Shown here one piece after another: positions 50,821-63,930 of a stretch of 64,000 nt of DNA. Below the pieces are notes generated by a model, which had not been told where the DNA came from, searched no databases, and worked only from the letters and a program-made list of their open reading frames with translations. The position numbers and the translations under genes were made by a program. The stretch is from Eledone cirrhosa (Eukaryota), in the NCBI GenBank assembly GCA_964016885.1, contig OZ024743.1:169136001-169200000 (forward strand). The letters are read 5' to 3'. Numbering within the stretch: position 1 is the first letter of the stretch; every line of letters starts with the position of its first letter.

Positions 50821-51016
50821 AATAAACCTTTCAAGGATTTACACCAGTCCAGCCACCTGTTATTTTATTTTATTTATATATATATGTTACAGTCTTATAC
50901 ACGCCACGAATCTCAACGTACACCCACTTACATCTCTCTCTCCACCACCGGATCTTGTTACCCGGACATTTACCCATCTGCATTGTTGAGGCTTCCAAAC
51001 CACTTAAAAAAATTTT

Positions 51017-51099
<83 letters not shown>

Positions 51100-52060
51100 C
51101 TATATATAAATGAGAGGTATAGAGATTGTTTTAGCAAGAAGCTAACGGCATTCTATAACATATATGCGACTATAACGTCAAGATGGGAAAAGTAGTTAAC
51201 GAAAGATTTAGGAAAAATAACTCAAACTCATCTCAAAAGAGAATCAGGATATAAATTCATCCACAGAATTTAGTGAAATCCGGGGAAAAATCTATAGACC
51301 TTTAACTCATGATAAAATAAAGTTCGAAACACTTATCCTTCAATTTGGAATAACATCAAATGCTCTGTATAGTCTTAAGAGACTATTTCATGAAAACTTT
51401 CAGTGGAGATGGCCACGGTTGGATTTCATTCATCAGCAGAGCTCAACAGAAAACCAGGGCTCTCACAGTAATATAATCCGAAAAAGGGAATTCTAAAACT
51501 GGCTAGTTCGCCTACATGTGTAATTATGAAAAAGCACATGAGCAAAAAACGGGGCTAGTGACGTCAGGATGGAAGTGAATGTTTATTTACAAGAAACAGC
51601 AGTCAAATACATTCTGAAAAAAAAAAACTCTACAAAAGGAGTTCAGCAAAATAGCAATAATTATCACAGTTTTTATGAAAAAAACCGGGATTTGTCACAG
51701 ATAGTTTAAGCACTCTATGAAAAGAGTCCGAGTATAAATATAAATATATATATACACTATGTATATATATCAGTATATATATAATATATACAGATATCAT
51801 GGCAGTGGGTGCTGGGAGGTGGTGGCTGAACTTGCCTGTTCTACCAAACCAGACCTTTCTGTGTCTGCTACTAATTTTGACCAATCCTCTTGACAACTTA
51901 AATGTTCCAATATAAGGAAGTACACCTTGAAAAGTTCAGCTATTTATTTACCAGACTAAAACAACTCTTACTTTAGTCCAGAAATAGCCGTCGAAACGGC
52001 TCGAGCTCTGCCGTCGGGGTCATACTTTCTCCTATATATAATATATATATACTATATATA

Positions 52061-52141
<81 letters not shown>

Positions 52142-52349
52142 AGTATGTATACGTACATACATATATGTATACAAATGTACAGTAGTATATATATATATAT
52201 ATACATACATGCACACATAAATACATGTACGTATGGATTCACCGAACATTTATTATAATGTTCGGTGTGTTTGTAAGCAAACATCCCGAATTAAGACGTA
52301 CAGTGTCTAGCAACCATCGTTGTTCGTTTGTTCAACACTGACAAAGGAA

Positions 52350-52390
52350 CGCTGTACTAGTTTCAAGCTTATTAGCTATCGTCAGCAACG
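52350..52390 (-). ncRNA. Minimal type I hammerhead ribozyme (family F)
   Basis: Minus strand: CGTTG-CTGACGA-T-AGCT-AATA-AGCT-T-GAAAC-TA-GTA-CAGCG. Degenerate inverted copy at 52698-52737. Confidence 0.8.
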
Positions 52391-52744
52391 TACACCTTTC
52401 TGCCAGATGATTGAACATCTGAAAGTATATACTTTCCTTATGCATATTAACGGCTGAGCAGCCTAATTTGCATATCGAGTGAGTTAATCGGCCGGGCATA
52501 CCAAAAACGATAAACGGAAAAAATGAAACGAAATTTCATTTCTCACGCTGAGTACGGCTGTTACTTATACGTGCATACATATATGTATACAGACGTACAT
52601 TAGTATGTATATAAATATACATACATGCACACATATATACATGTACGTATGGATTCACTGAACATTTATTATAATGCTCGGTGTGTTTGTAAACAAACGA
52701 TAGCTAATAAGCTTCAAACTAGTACAGCGTTCCTTTGTAGCAAT

Positions 52745-53562
52745 AGTAAATATTTAGAAAAATGTAAAAAAAATCAAGCTGATAATGCAGATTGATTTTT
52801 TTTACAAAAAACGTAAATAATCAATCTGTGAAAGCAAAAGTAAATATTTCAAAAAACGTGAAAAAATAAATCTGTGAATAATATATCAATCTGCGTCTAC
52901 ATTAATTTTCTTAGATGTTTCGATTCATTTGCGGTTTTCGTAAATATCTTAAAAAACGTTATAAAATCGAAATATGTAAACAAAAATCAGTAAACGCAAA
53001 TGATTAATCTTTTTACAAAAAACGTAAGAAAATCAATCGGGAAAAATCAATCAAAACTAATTATTTTGAAAAACGTAAAAAAATAATTCTGTGAATGAAA
53101 AAATCATTCAGATTGATTTTTTTACGAAAGACAAAAAGATTAATCTTTTTACAAAAAAACATAAAAAAATCAATCTGTGAACCCAGAAGTAAGTATTTCG
53201 AAAAAAGTAAAAAAGTCAATCTGTGAACACAGATTGATCTTTTAACGAAAAACAAAAAAAAAAAAAATTTGTGAACGCAGGTTGATTTTAAAAAAAAACA
53301 TAAAAAGATTGATTTTTTTACGTTCCCATATAGATTTTTTTACACTTTTCGAAATATTCGCTTTTAATCTCACAGATTGATTTTTTTTTGCGTTATCCGT
53401 ACAAAAATCAATCTGCGTTCACAGATTAATTTTTTTCGTTTTTCGTTTTCATTCACGGATTCGTTTTTTTTCATGTTTTTTTAATTATTTTCTTGAACGT
53501 AAAAAAAATCAATCTGTGAAGTAAATACGAAAAACAAAAAAAAATCAAGCAAATTGATTTTT
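52745..53562. repeat. AT-rich degenerate repeat array (AAAAAATCAATCTGTGAA motif) in both orientations
   Basis: The motif and its complement (TTCACAGATTGATTTTTT) recur many times. Confidence 0.75.
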
Positions 53563-53597
53563 ATACTATATATACTATATATATATATATATACATA

Positions 53598-53681
<84 letters not shown>

Positions 53682-53733
53682 TATATATCGTATATAGATA
53701 TAGAGTATATATATATATATTATATATATACAC

Positions 53734-53774
<41 letters not shown>

Positions 53775-53859
53775 AATTATATATATATAAAGTATATATA
53801 TATAAATTATATATATATAACGTATATATAACGTATATATAGTATATATATATGTATCG

Positions 53860-53937
<78 letters not shown>

Positions 53938-54063
53938 TATATATATATATAGTATATATATAGAGAGAGTACATATATATATATATAGTATATATATATA
54001 TATACTATATATATAATTCAGAATAATAATAAATGAAGACATTCACATAATCAATATATATGT

Positions 54064-54125
54064 CTTATTATATATATTTCGAAGGTACTGTGCTGTTTTT
54101 TTAGTACGTCCTCGTCAGATAAAAT
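54064..54125 (-). ncRNA. Type I hammerhead ribozyme (family A, CTGACGA core)
   Basis: TTTC 54077-54080, TCGTCAG 54112-54118, TATATA palindrome. Confidence 0.8.
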
Positions 54126-54913
54126 ACATGAATTGTTGTACGACATGCCTCAACGGTCTTGATGGTTCAATTCCAGTACTGGCAGTGATTTATTACAACA
54201 AATCTCAACATTTATATACCATAAGTACTAACATGATAAACTTAAATTTAAAGAACAGGAGGATGTGGAGCGAGATATGGGTATATGGAGGGGTTATATG
54301 AGGAAATGCAAGAAGAAAATAAATAAACACATACATACATAAATATTTAAATGAGTAAATAGAAGTATTAGGGAATAAATATATAAAAAGAAAAATGAAG
54401 AGAGAGAGAGACGAGAGAAGAAAGAAGAAATAACGACAAAAAACAAAGAAAGAAATGAGGTGGATAGGTATAAATACCGTTGTTTTCATAACATGAACAT
54501 TTTAATATCTTTTGTATTTGGTTATGTTTAAGCTGATTATACTTATATATTATATCAAAATTAAACAATATAAAAATATTTTCTATAGCCATCAGATACA
54601 ATGTTTAATTAAGTAATATATTCATTAAATATTTTGTTACAACATTTAAAAACATTTTTATCTTTAATGCATATTTAATTAATTATTAAATATGTATAAA
54701 GATATTTATTAAAACATATGCATATATCACCATCAGTATATATACTTTATATTATATTAAGAACATTTCTTATCTGAATTATTCTATTTTCTTTATAAAA
54801 TCATTTCAATTCATTGATTGTCATTTCATTACAGGATTAATTGGTAGTTATATTTATTCTCAAAAGTTTTATTATTTTTAATTTACTTCCATAATTACTC
54901 ATTATTATATATA

Positions 54914-55103
54914 GAGGGCGATGGATTGGCAGTATCGGTAGAGGGTCGGACGCCATGCTTTGACGCATAGAGTTACGGTCTTTGCCATTCTGAGTTCAAA
55001 TCCCGCCGAGGTTAACTTTGCCTTTCATCCTTACGGGGTCGATAAAATAAAGTACCAGTAATGCACTGGATAATTGCTGGCCTTGTGCCAAAAAGTAGAA
55101 ACA
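54914..55103 (+). mobile_element. tRNA-derived SINE in PLE 3' UTR
   Basis: Family sequence with TSD ATTATATATAG. Confidence 0.9.
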
Positions 55104-56654
55104 ATTATATATAGTTTCCCTTTAAGAATTACCATATATTATTAGACCCTATAAATCATGTTAAATATACTTTAGCAAGCTATTCGGACAGAACACAATT
55201 ATTTACGTAGAATGTAAAGAAAGGAAGATAACTCGTTCATCATATGTGAACATTTAAAACATTTAAGTATTTTGAAAACCAAAAGATATTTCAAACAACA
55301 AATCAAGAAATTTCTAGTTAAACAATGACCTTTCAAAATCCAAACATAGTATACTGAGACACATCATGAGATTTATTTAATAGATAAAAACGACAAAAAT
55401 TTTACAGGTAAGGCAAAACGTTATATATATAATTTTTTAAGAATTATTAATAGTCAATATGTTTTCAAAATTTGTATAATGCTTGAAAAGTTCTTCCAGA
55501 CTTATGTGGACAGCTGCTAAATAACTCGTTTTTCTTATTAATTAAATTACCATAATTTGTAATTATCAATAGAGACTCTATATTGCCAAGATTGCAATTT
55601 GGTGAAATGGATGCAATCCGGTAGGAATCAGAATTTTTTAACAGAATTTGTTAACCAAGGAATTGGGTATTTGATATATTTTTCTTCAAAGACCATATTA
55701 ATTGTGAGAGAGATGTAGAAAATGTTTTATCTAGATTAGAAAAAGAATGTTTATGATTGTAAAAGCGAAACTTAAACTTAGATGAAGTTGCACCAATGTA
55801 GTCATATGTATTATTATTATTATTAGTCTTAATGGTACATTTATATACTAGATTCTTGTCAAGGCAGTTATTTTGAAAAGGGCATACAGATTTTCTACAG
55901 TTACAATTCATTTCGATTAAAATTAACTATTTTATTGTTATTTTCTACTTCTAATTTCAGGTCATAATTTTTAAAGAATTCTATAATTATTTTCTTCACT
56001 CTATTTAATTCGCTATTATTATGTCTATCTACAGTAAATAATATGTCGTCTCTATATAAACCGATAATCTCCGGCAGTTTTCTATTTATCATATTAAGGA
56101 TGAAAATTCCCACAAGATCAGTAACTTGCGCCGAATCAGACGAGCCCATAGTAATGTCAAAGTTCTTCTGCCTATTAGATCTAGTCCAAAAATCATTATT
56201 AAAATCAATCAAGGTTCGCCTTGCTGTTAAAATGATATTTATCTAATCACTAGATAGATCTGTGTGTTTATATGCATATGAAAACGCCTTACTTAGTAAG
56301 TTAGGAGTTGTCCATTTGAATGAATTTATGATTTTTATTATTTTCGATATTATTGAACTAATCTATGACTTCAGTAGTGCCCTTCCGTAGGTTAAGCCTT
56401 GACCTCAATTTTAACGTTGGCAAAATCATGTCTATTATGTTTTTACTAATTATACCAAGATCTCATTTCGAAGGTGCAATAAGTCTAACAGGTAAGTCCT
56501 CTAAACATAACCAAATACAAAAGATATTAACAATTTCATGTTATTTAATTGGTTGCCTCAATTTGACTTAATATTTGAAAACAACGGTATTTATACCTAT
56601 CCACCTCATTTCTTTCTTTCTTTTTTGTCGTTATTTCTTCTTTCTTCTTCTCAC

Positions 56655-56718
<64 letters not shown>

Positions 56719-56980
56719 TTTTATATATTTATTCCCTAATACTTCTATTTACTCATTTAAATATATATGTATGTATGTGTTTATTTATTTTCTTCTTGCA
56801 TTTCCTCATATTAACCCCTCCATATACCCATATCTCGCTCCACATCCTCTTCTTTCAATTTAAGTTTATCATGTTATTATTTGTGGAATATAAATGTTGA
56901 GATTTGTTGTAATAAATCACTGCCAATACTTGAATTGAACCATCAAGACCGGTGAGGTATGTCATACATCAATTCATGTA

Positions 56981-57042
56981 TTTTATCTGACGAAGACGTA
57001 CTGAAAAAACAGCACAATACCTTCGAAATATATATAATAAAA
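56981..57042 (+). ncRNA. Type I hammerhead ribozyme (family A, CTGACGA core)
   Basis: TTTTAT-CTGACGA(56987)...GAAA(57025)-TATATA-TA-ATAAAA. Confidence 0.82.
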
Positions 57043-57191
57043 CATATATTTTGATTATGTGAATGTCTTCATTTATTATTATTCTGAATAATAATAACTC
57101 CAGAAAACCTTTTCTGTAGAGTAATTTTAATCTATTGTAAAACTATATTCATTGAGTAATCAATTAACCATATTAATCTTTGGTCATACTA

Positions 57192-57252
<61 letters not shown>

Positions 57253-57339
57253 AGTGGGTGTAACTAGGAGTTACTGCAGGTTCACCCAGGTACCAATAGA
57301 GACAAGGAACATAACGCCAATAGATTACCTGGAACCTAT

Positions 57340-58200
57340 TTGAAACACAAGCCTGACCAAAACACACACAAACTCACTAAACAACGCATAAACCGAAGTA
57401 GACCTGTCACGTGGTATAACCCACCCCCCTATTCTATACACGTCGCCACTAACATACCGGGAACCTTTTTCAGGGCCCTCGAACAATCTTTTCCACACAC
57501 ACACAAATACCACAAGCTTTTCAATAAACACACCGTCAAATTCTCTTTCTCCACCGCACCAAACCTAGGCCACACAATAGCACACAATAACAGGGCAAAA
57601 ATACAAAAACACATGGTTTCCCCTCAACAAACCACCACCACAACCCAGAACGAAACCACACACACAACACAACACAACAACACACACACCACACCAACAC
57701 CGCACGACACCAACCGCCACCGTTGCACCGCACCGGTTACTCCCAAATGCAACTGCAAAAGACGAGACGAATGCCCACTAAACGGGGAGTCCCTCGTTAA
57801 GAATATTGTTTACCGGTGCGATGTCACAGCCGGCAATAAAGAGTACTCATATATAGGTGCGACATCCACTACGTTTAAGGAGCGCTGGTATAACCACAGA
57901 AGCTCCTTCAAACATAGATCGAAACGACCCCAAACAAAACTGGCCGATCAGATCTGGGACCTCAAGGACAGGAATATTGAACCCTGGATCTCGTGGTCAG
58001 TAAAAAGACGTGTGGCATACATCCCCAGTGACAGAAACCACTGCAGATTATGCCTAGCTGAGGCGGCGGAAATAATTAAACTTGAATCCGCCATAAACTA
58101 TAGGTCGGACATAATTGTCAATTGCAGACACACTAGGATGCACACCTTTTCTGCACAATCTTTCGCGGGAAGACCACGCACTAACCATGACCCACCATAA
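57340..58200 (+). CDS. PLE C-terminal linker + GIY-YIG endonuclease (open frame, 5'-truncated element)
   Basis: VTWYNPPPYS, KLFNKHTVKFSFS, CNCKRRDECPLNG..LVKNIVYRCDV...YIGATSTTFKERWYNH, CRLCLAE, CRH. Confidence 0.85.
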   Translation: MKHKPDQNTHKLTKQRINRSRPVTWYNPPPYSIHVATNIPGTFFRALEQSFPHTHKYHKLFNKHTVKFSFSTAPNLGHTIAHNNRAKIQKHMVSPQQTTTTTQNETTHTTQHNNTHTTPTPHDTNRHRCTAPVTPKCNCKRRDECPLNGESLVKNIVYRCDVTAGNKEYSYIGATSTTFKERWYNHRSSFKHRSKRPQTKLADQIWDLKDRNIEPWISWSVKRRVAYIPSDRNHCRLCLAEAAEIIKLESAINYRSDIIVNCRHTRMHTFSAQSFAGRPRTNHDPP

Positions 58201-60292
58201 TAACAACCACACCTGCCCCGTATCACCATCGCCCATCTCAACGAACTTTAATTCTAATCTAACTTCACTTTATCTTATTTCATTACATTGAATTTAACGA
58301 TATGTAAGCCCGTATTTTGTATATCATGCCGCATACATAACCCACACCAAAAATCACACTAACCATGACACACCATATTAATAACCACCTATACCCCGTC
58401 TCAACATCGCCCACTTCAATGAACTTATTGTATTGTACTACATGTTACCTTTTCTAAGCCCGCATTTGTATATCATGCCGCACACATCACCATCACCACC
58501 ACCAAAATGCACATCAACATACGCACCTCATAGTTGCAACATCGTATTAAATCGGTACCCTATGATACGTTCTACCTTGCAATCCACAATGACAAGGGAC
58601 CTTGTAAATACAAAGTCGATCATATCACACCATCGCTACCACCACCACACCACACATCGTCATGTGCCTACCATACACGCCTACAACCTCATCCCCCCAT
58701 GTTCCCTCTATCTACCCTAACCTACAACCCCACGCTAAATTCGACCCTGTAACTGTACTGTCTCAGGCACACACAACCACCGCCACCACTAAATACATCC
58801 ACATACTTGAACAATCATTATCATTAACATCATCAACACATATCATCCCTCGCTCCCAGATCGTCTGCCTACCATATAACACACCGTAACCTCTGATCAT
58901 GTAATCATCTAGTCGAACATATCACCCCAGCACCACCACCATCACCATGTCCACAACACACATCGCCGTACATCCATAAACGCTTTTCCCCCGCGTTCCC
59001 TATGTCACCTTTTAACCGGTATTCGATCCGGTATATATATTTTTGTCCCTCACAACTCCATACTTCATCAACACCGACAACACATACCTCCACTCCCCAA
59101 CCAACAATAGTGTGTGTGTCAGTGTGTAAGTATTTTTACTCATATTTTTACTCATACGGGCGTTTAAGTGTGCGTGCGTGTACGCATATTTATGTGTATG
59201 TGTGTGTGTATGTGAACACACGTGTATGCATATGTCTATGTGTGTGTGTATATATATATCTGTATATATATGTGTATGTGTATGCGTATGTGTATGTGTG
59301 TGTATTTATGTATGTGTATGTATGTGTGTGTATGTATGTGTGTGTATGTGTACGTCTACATGTATGTATATGGGTAAATCTGACTGTATGTGTAGGTGAG
59401 CTCATATATGTGCATGTATGTGTATATGTGCGTGTATGTGTGCGTTGTCGGTACATGTGTGTGTATATATATATGTATATACATATGTGTGAGTACACGT
59501 GTGTGCGAGTGTGTATGTGTATATCTTGCATACATGAGTGTGAGTCCATGTGCCCATACCCATGTGTATGTATGTGTATGTATATATGTAAAACACCTTC
59601 TACATTGCCTCTCACCTTCCCCCTATCTCTGTCGTTCGCCACCCCCACCGATACTCCCCCACTCTCCATGTTCGTGTCCGCATGCGCGCATACACATACA
59701 TGTGTGTACATATACATATGGCTGTGTGTGAGCGTATGTCGATATGTGCGGGCAAGGATGTGCGTATGTGTTTTATGTTGTGTGTGTTTATACAACAATA
59801 TGTGTGCAAATATATACATATATGTGTGTGCGTATACGTATATACAAGGTATCTGTCAGACGAAGAGCGTCTAACTATGTATCTATGTAAGGACCTTGAC
59901 GCCACCAATACATCCACCACACCACCACAAACGCCGCTACCATAGACAACGGCACCACTTCCACACACCCACCCCCACGCCAACCCGTCTACTGACAATC
60001 CACTAACCTCATACCACAGCCCATCCCACTAAATAACCTTAACCACCACCATATCACCACATCCACCCCCACATACTCTACACGCCAAGGCCAACCCACC
60101 ACCACCACACCAAGCCCACCTCATCCACACACCGTCACCAACATCTCACCATCACACCCACCCCCATATACACTACAGGCCAGTACATCGCCTTGATCCT
60201 TCCCACCAATCAAAACAACTCATTTTGTCAAACTCTTGAAACTCTGACTTTACCACATAGCATGTATTTCATTTTCTTATAGCATTTTAAGA

Positions 60293-60379
60293 GGGTCCGT
60301 CGAGCTGCTGATTATTGAGTCGGGTAGGATCGATATAGATCGAACTTTGAGTTGATTAGTGGCGAAACGCGCGTCACCT
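60293..60379 (+). ncRNA. Hammerhead-like fold with variant core CCGTCGA
   Basis: GGGT-CCGTCGA(60297)-GCTGCTGATTA/TGATTAGTGGC stem II-GAAAC(60364)-GCGC-GTC-ACCT. Confidence 0.55.
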
Positions 60380-60424
60380 ATCAATAAATGCAATGAAGCA
60401 ATAATCAATCGTCCTTTTTATCCT

Positions 60425-60471
<47 letters not shown>

Positions 60472-60479
<8 letters not shown>

Positions 60480-61510
60480 TTAGAGTATACACTCAAAGAG
60501 TCATTTACAATTAATTAGCTCAAAGAAAGAAGCATTTCTGAGCCGTGCCATACAAGTGAATATAAATTAATATATGATAAACACCTAAGTGTTTGTATTG
60601 TAAAAGACAAAAGTTAGCTAGAATAAAACAAAATAATTCAAATAAATATAGCCTGCCTGTATCGATTTAAAAAATAATAAATCAATATACACAAACTCAT
60701 ATTGGCAAATAGCCGTGGTACCTAGACAAATTTAAATTTCAAAATTCAAACCTTTTCCGCAGATCAATCTTAACCTCAAAATCAAAATAGGTTTCGCAAA
60801 CGATGGTATAAAAGTGAAATAATCAATTTTCTGTGCTTATCAATAGGTACCCAGAAAAATTAGGTTACTTCACCTCGAAAAAATGTTGAAGGTTTGGTTT
60901 ACGAGCACAAACGCACGAGGTTTTGCACTCGGTTCTTCCAGCTCACTAGCCTATCTCATACTCATGGCGCTAGAAATAACAGCCGTTTATATGGGATTAA
61001 AAATTAGCTCAACCGAGGGAGCAGTAATATATTATATTTAGAGTATACACTCAAAGAGTCATTTACAATTAATTAGCTCAAAGAAAGAAGCATTTCTGAG
61101 CCGTGCAATACAAGTTAATATAAATTAATATATGATAAACACCTAAGTGTTTGTATTGTAAAAGACAACAGTTAGCTAGAATGAAACAAACTAATTCAAA
61201 TAAATATAGCCTGCCTGTATCGATTTAAAAAATAATTAATCAATATACACAAACTCATATTGGCAAATAGCCGTTTCATTCTAGCTAACTTTTGTCTTTT
61301 ACAATACAAATAGTTAGGTGTTTATCATATATTAATTTGTATTAACTTGTATTGCACGGCTCAGAAATGCTTCTTTCTTTGAGCTAATTAATTGTAAATG
61401 ACTCTTTGAGCGTATACTCTAAATATAATATATTACTGCTCCCTCGGTTGAGCTAATTTTTAATCCCATATAAACGGCTGTTATTTCTAGCGCCATGAAT
61501 ATGAGATAGG
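60472..61510. repeat. Direct duplication plus adjacent inverted duplication
   Basis: 60472-60716 repeats at ~61030-61274. 61274-61510 is the reverse complement of ~60950-61187. Confidence 0.85.
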
Positions 61511-61679
61511 TTGTGCGGATGACGGTTTAACCATCGTCTCAGTGTTGGCCTTTAACGTATGTTGTAGCTCTGGTTCGTCAGAATTATTGAGCGCTTGCCA
61601 CACATCTTGGAAGTTGCTTTTCGCTAATTCCAAAGCCGAAATACGATTCTCGCTAATTTATATATATATATATATAAAC

Positions 61680-61895
61680 TCGCGTGGCCGAGTTGTTAGA
61701 GAACTGGATTCGCAATCGTGAGGTTGTGAGTTCGATTCCTGAACCGGGCGATGCGGTGTGTTCTTGGGCAAGACACTTTATTTCACGTTGCTCCTTCTAC
61801 CTGGAGTTGCGACCGATAGATAGTATTAGCAATTGGAAAGACCAATGGAAACATTGTTTCCTCGGTCCGATTTGACGAAAGTCGATCGACTGTAA
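61680..61895 (+). mobile_element. tRNA-derived SINE (third family)
   Basis: GTGGCCGAGTTGTTAGAG...GAGTTCGATTCC...GGCAAGACACTT. Confidence 0.85.
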
Positions 61896-62214
61896 ATACT
61901 ATATATACACTATATATATCGTATATATATATATATATATATAAAGTATATATAGATGCATAGTATATATATATATACAATATCTATGTGTATACATAGC
62001 ATATATACTATATATATATATACATATATACTATATATAAATACTATATATATACTACATACATATATATACTATATATATATATTAATAATGTACTATA
62101 TATATATACTCTATATATGTATATATATGTATGTATACTATATATTTATATATATGTATATATACTACATGTATACTATATATATACATATATAGTATAG
62201 TTAAATATATATAT

Positions 62215-63930
62215 AGTATAGTTGAATACAGAGAATAAAAAACATAGAGGCAGTACAAATGATATGGTTTTTAGTTTCACGCTTGAGAGTGGGGGATGGG
62301 GGAGGCCGGAGAACAGTGGGTAGGAAGAGAGTTCCAAGGGTGTATGGGGAGTGGTGGAAATACATCTAAAAAGGGGGAGGGGAGGAAAAACAATATTTTT
62401 AGACAGTAAAGGACATTTTTTATAAGTACAAATAAAAATTTAAATAAAAACCAAAAAGGTGTGAGGCGTGTTGGGGTGGTGGTGGATGGAGGGAGGCTTG
62501 AGAGGGGAGAGGGAGGTGTGGGCCGAGCGGGGAGGGCTGAAGGTGGTGTTTGTGCATGGGTGCAGGTATACGTGTGTGTGTATGGGAATGTGAGAGTTGC
62601 GTGAAGAACGAGGTTCCATGTTCAGGTAAAAGGGAAACCGGTGTGTACGTGGGGTTGGGGTGTAAGTCGGTGTGTGCGGGCGTGTGGATAGAGAGCGGTG
62701 TGGGAGGGGGCGCGTGTTGTACGGAGGCTGAGTGTGTTTATGTGGGTATACGCACGTGTGTGTTCGTGTTTATATGTGGTGTAGATGTAGGCGGCGTGGC
62801 TCGAAAATAATGTGTTTGTTCGTGTGTATGTTCCTAAGATATTTCCATGGAGTGTGAGACAAGATGGAACGATGCCCGGTGGTGTGTAATCCTGGTGTGG
62901 TTGTGCGGAAGTGGAGACATGTGGGGTGCGCGCGCAATAGGAAGTGGTCAGAGGGTCAAGGCAGGGTGAAGAGATAGCAGTAGATGAGGATGACCGTTAA
63001 AGAAAGGGTCTGTGGTGTGGACTGTGTGTCTGTGTGCGGAGTTGCGGTGGACAGGGAAGAGGATGGATAGGTGTGAAAGGTGGAGGAGGAAGGTGGTGGT
63101 GTGGGGGATGGTGTATATATTAGTGGGGATGTTAGTGGGATGTGTGTGTGGGAGTGTAGGGGGAGCGTGGAGAAAGAGATGGAGAGAAAGGGTGTTGAGG
63201 CCGGAGGAGGAGGTGTAGTGTACTGGTGTGTGCGTGTTTGGTTATGAGTGTGTGTGGTAGAGAGGGTGTGTGTTCGTGTATGGGGGTGAGGGGGAAGGTG
63301 GCTTGGGGGCTGTTATTATTTGGAGGGTCCACCAAGGGTGTGGGCCGGTGAAACTGAGGAGTGTGTTAGAGGTGTTAGTGGGGGATGTGTGTGTGGGAAG
63401 GGGTGTCGAAGGCTAAAGGAATAGGGTTGGGTAGTTCAAACGGGAGGGGGGGGGTATGTAGTGTGAAGATTGTGTGTTGTGGGACAGTGAGGCGTGTGGC
63501 GGGTGTCCCATGGCATTGGATCAGGCCACAAAAGTGGCGGGCGAGGAGGGAACTCTCGCCGAGAGGAGGACCGAGCCGTGAACCGATCCGCCAGGCGACG
63601 GCGAGTCTGTCCGACGTATGTTGCGGTGCACTCCAATGAACGAAGTCCGTAGATGAGGTTGGAGAAGGTGCAGCTGAAGGCGTGCCGGACAGAAGAGAGT
63701 GGCCGTTGGCACATGGAAGGTAATCTTGTTCGTGATGTGGGGGCAGGTGTGGCAGCGAAGCCTGGAGAAGGGAAGGGAACGTGGGGGAGCGTGGGATGGG
63801 GGGGGGGGGTCTGGAGGTGCGGATGAGGAGGAATCGGAGATTACGTGCGCATTTGAAGCAGGGGAGGGGTGAGGATGGGAAGATGGGGGAGGTGGAGGGG
63901 TCGAACTGGAGGCGGACGATGGTGGTGTGG
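62215..63930 (-). mobile_element. Neptune-like PLE, 3' portion; HHR deleted
   Basis: FSCTFSNLIYGLRSLECTATYVGQTRRRLADRFT (GIY-YIG) and RCHTCPH. The 3' UTR aligns to 4385-5575, but the HHR segment is missing near 62300. Confidence 0.85.

Larger units (their letters stand above)
49411..50874. mobile_element. Non-autonomous element bounded by ~120-140-bp inverted repeats, each containing a hammerhead (family D)
   Basis: Arms 49411-49530 and 50736-50874 are reverse complements (a few substitutions and a ~17-nt indel). No recognisable RT or transposase inside. Confidence 0.8.
54015..57185 (-). mobile_element. Nematis-like PLE (minus) with 3' pLTR and inverted 5' pLTR (family A)
   Basis: ORFs 55901-56212 (FDITMGSSDSAQVTDLVG, GLYRDD) and 55651-55911 (CNCRKSVCPFQNNCLDKNLVYKC..YIGATS). 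54015-54530 is reverse-complemented at 56503-57090. Confidence 0.9.
57251..60428 (+). mobile_element. 5'-truncated Nematis-like PLE (GC-richer subfamily) between (TA)n runs
   Basis: ORF 57340-58200, a long CA/TG-rich 3' UTR and a variant HHR near the 3' end. Confidence 0.85.

Noticed and set aside
51100-51760. Possible decayed coding remnant between TA runs
   Set aside because: Stops in all frames and no motif I could identify with confidence.
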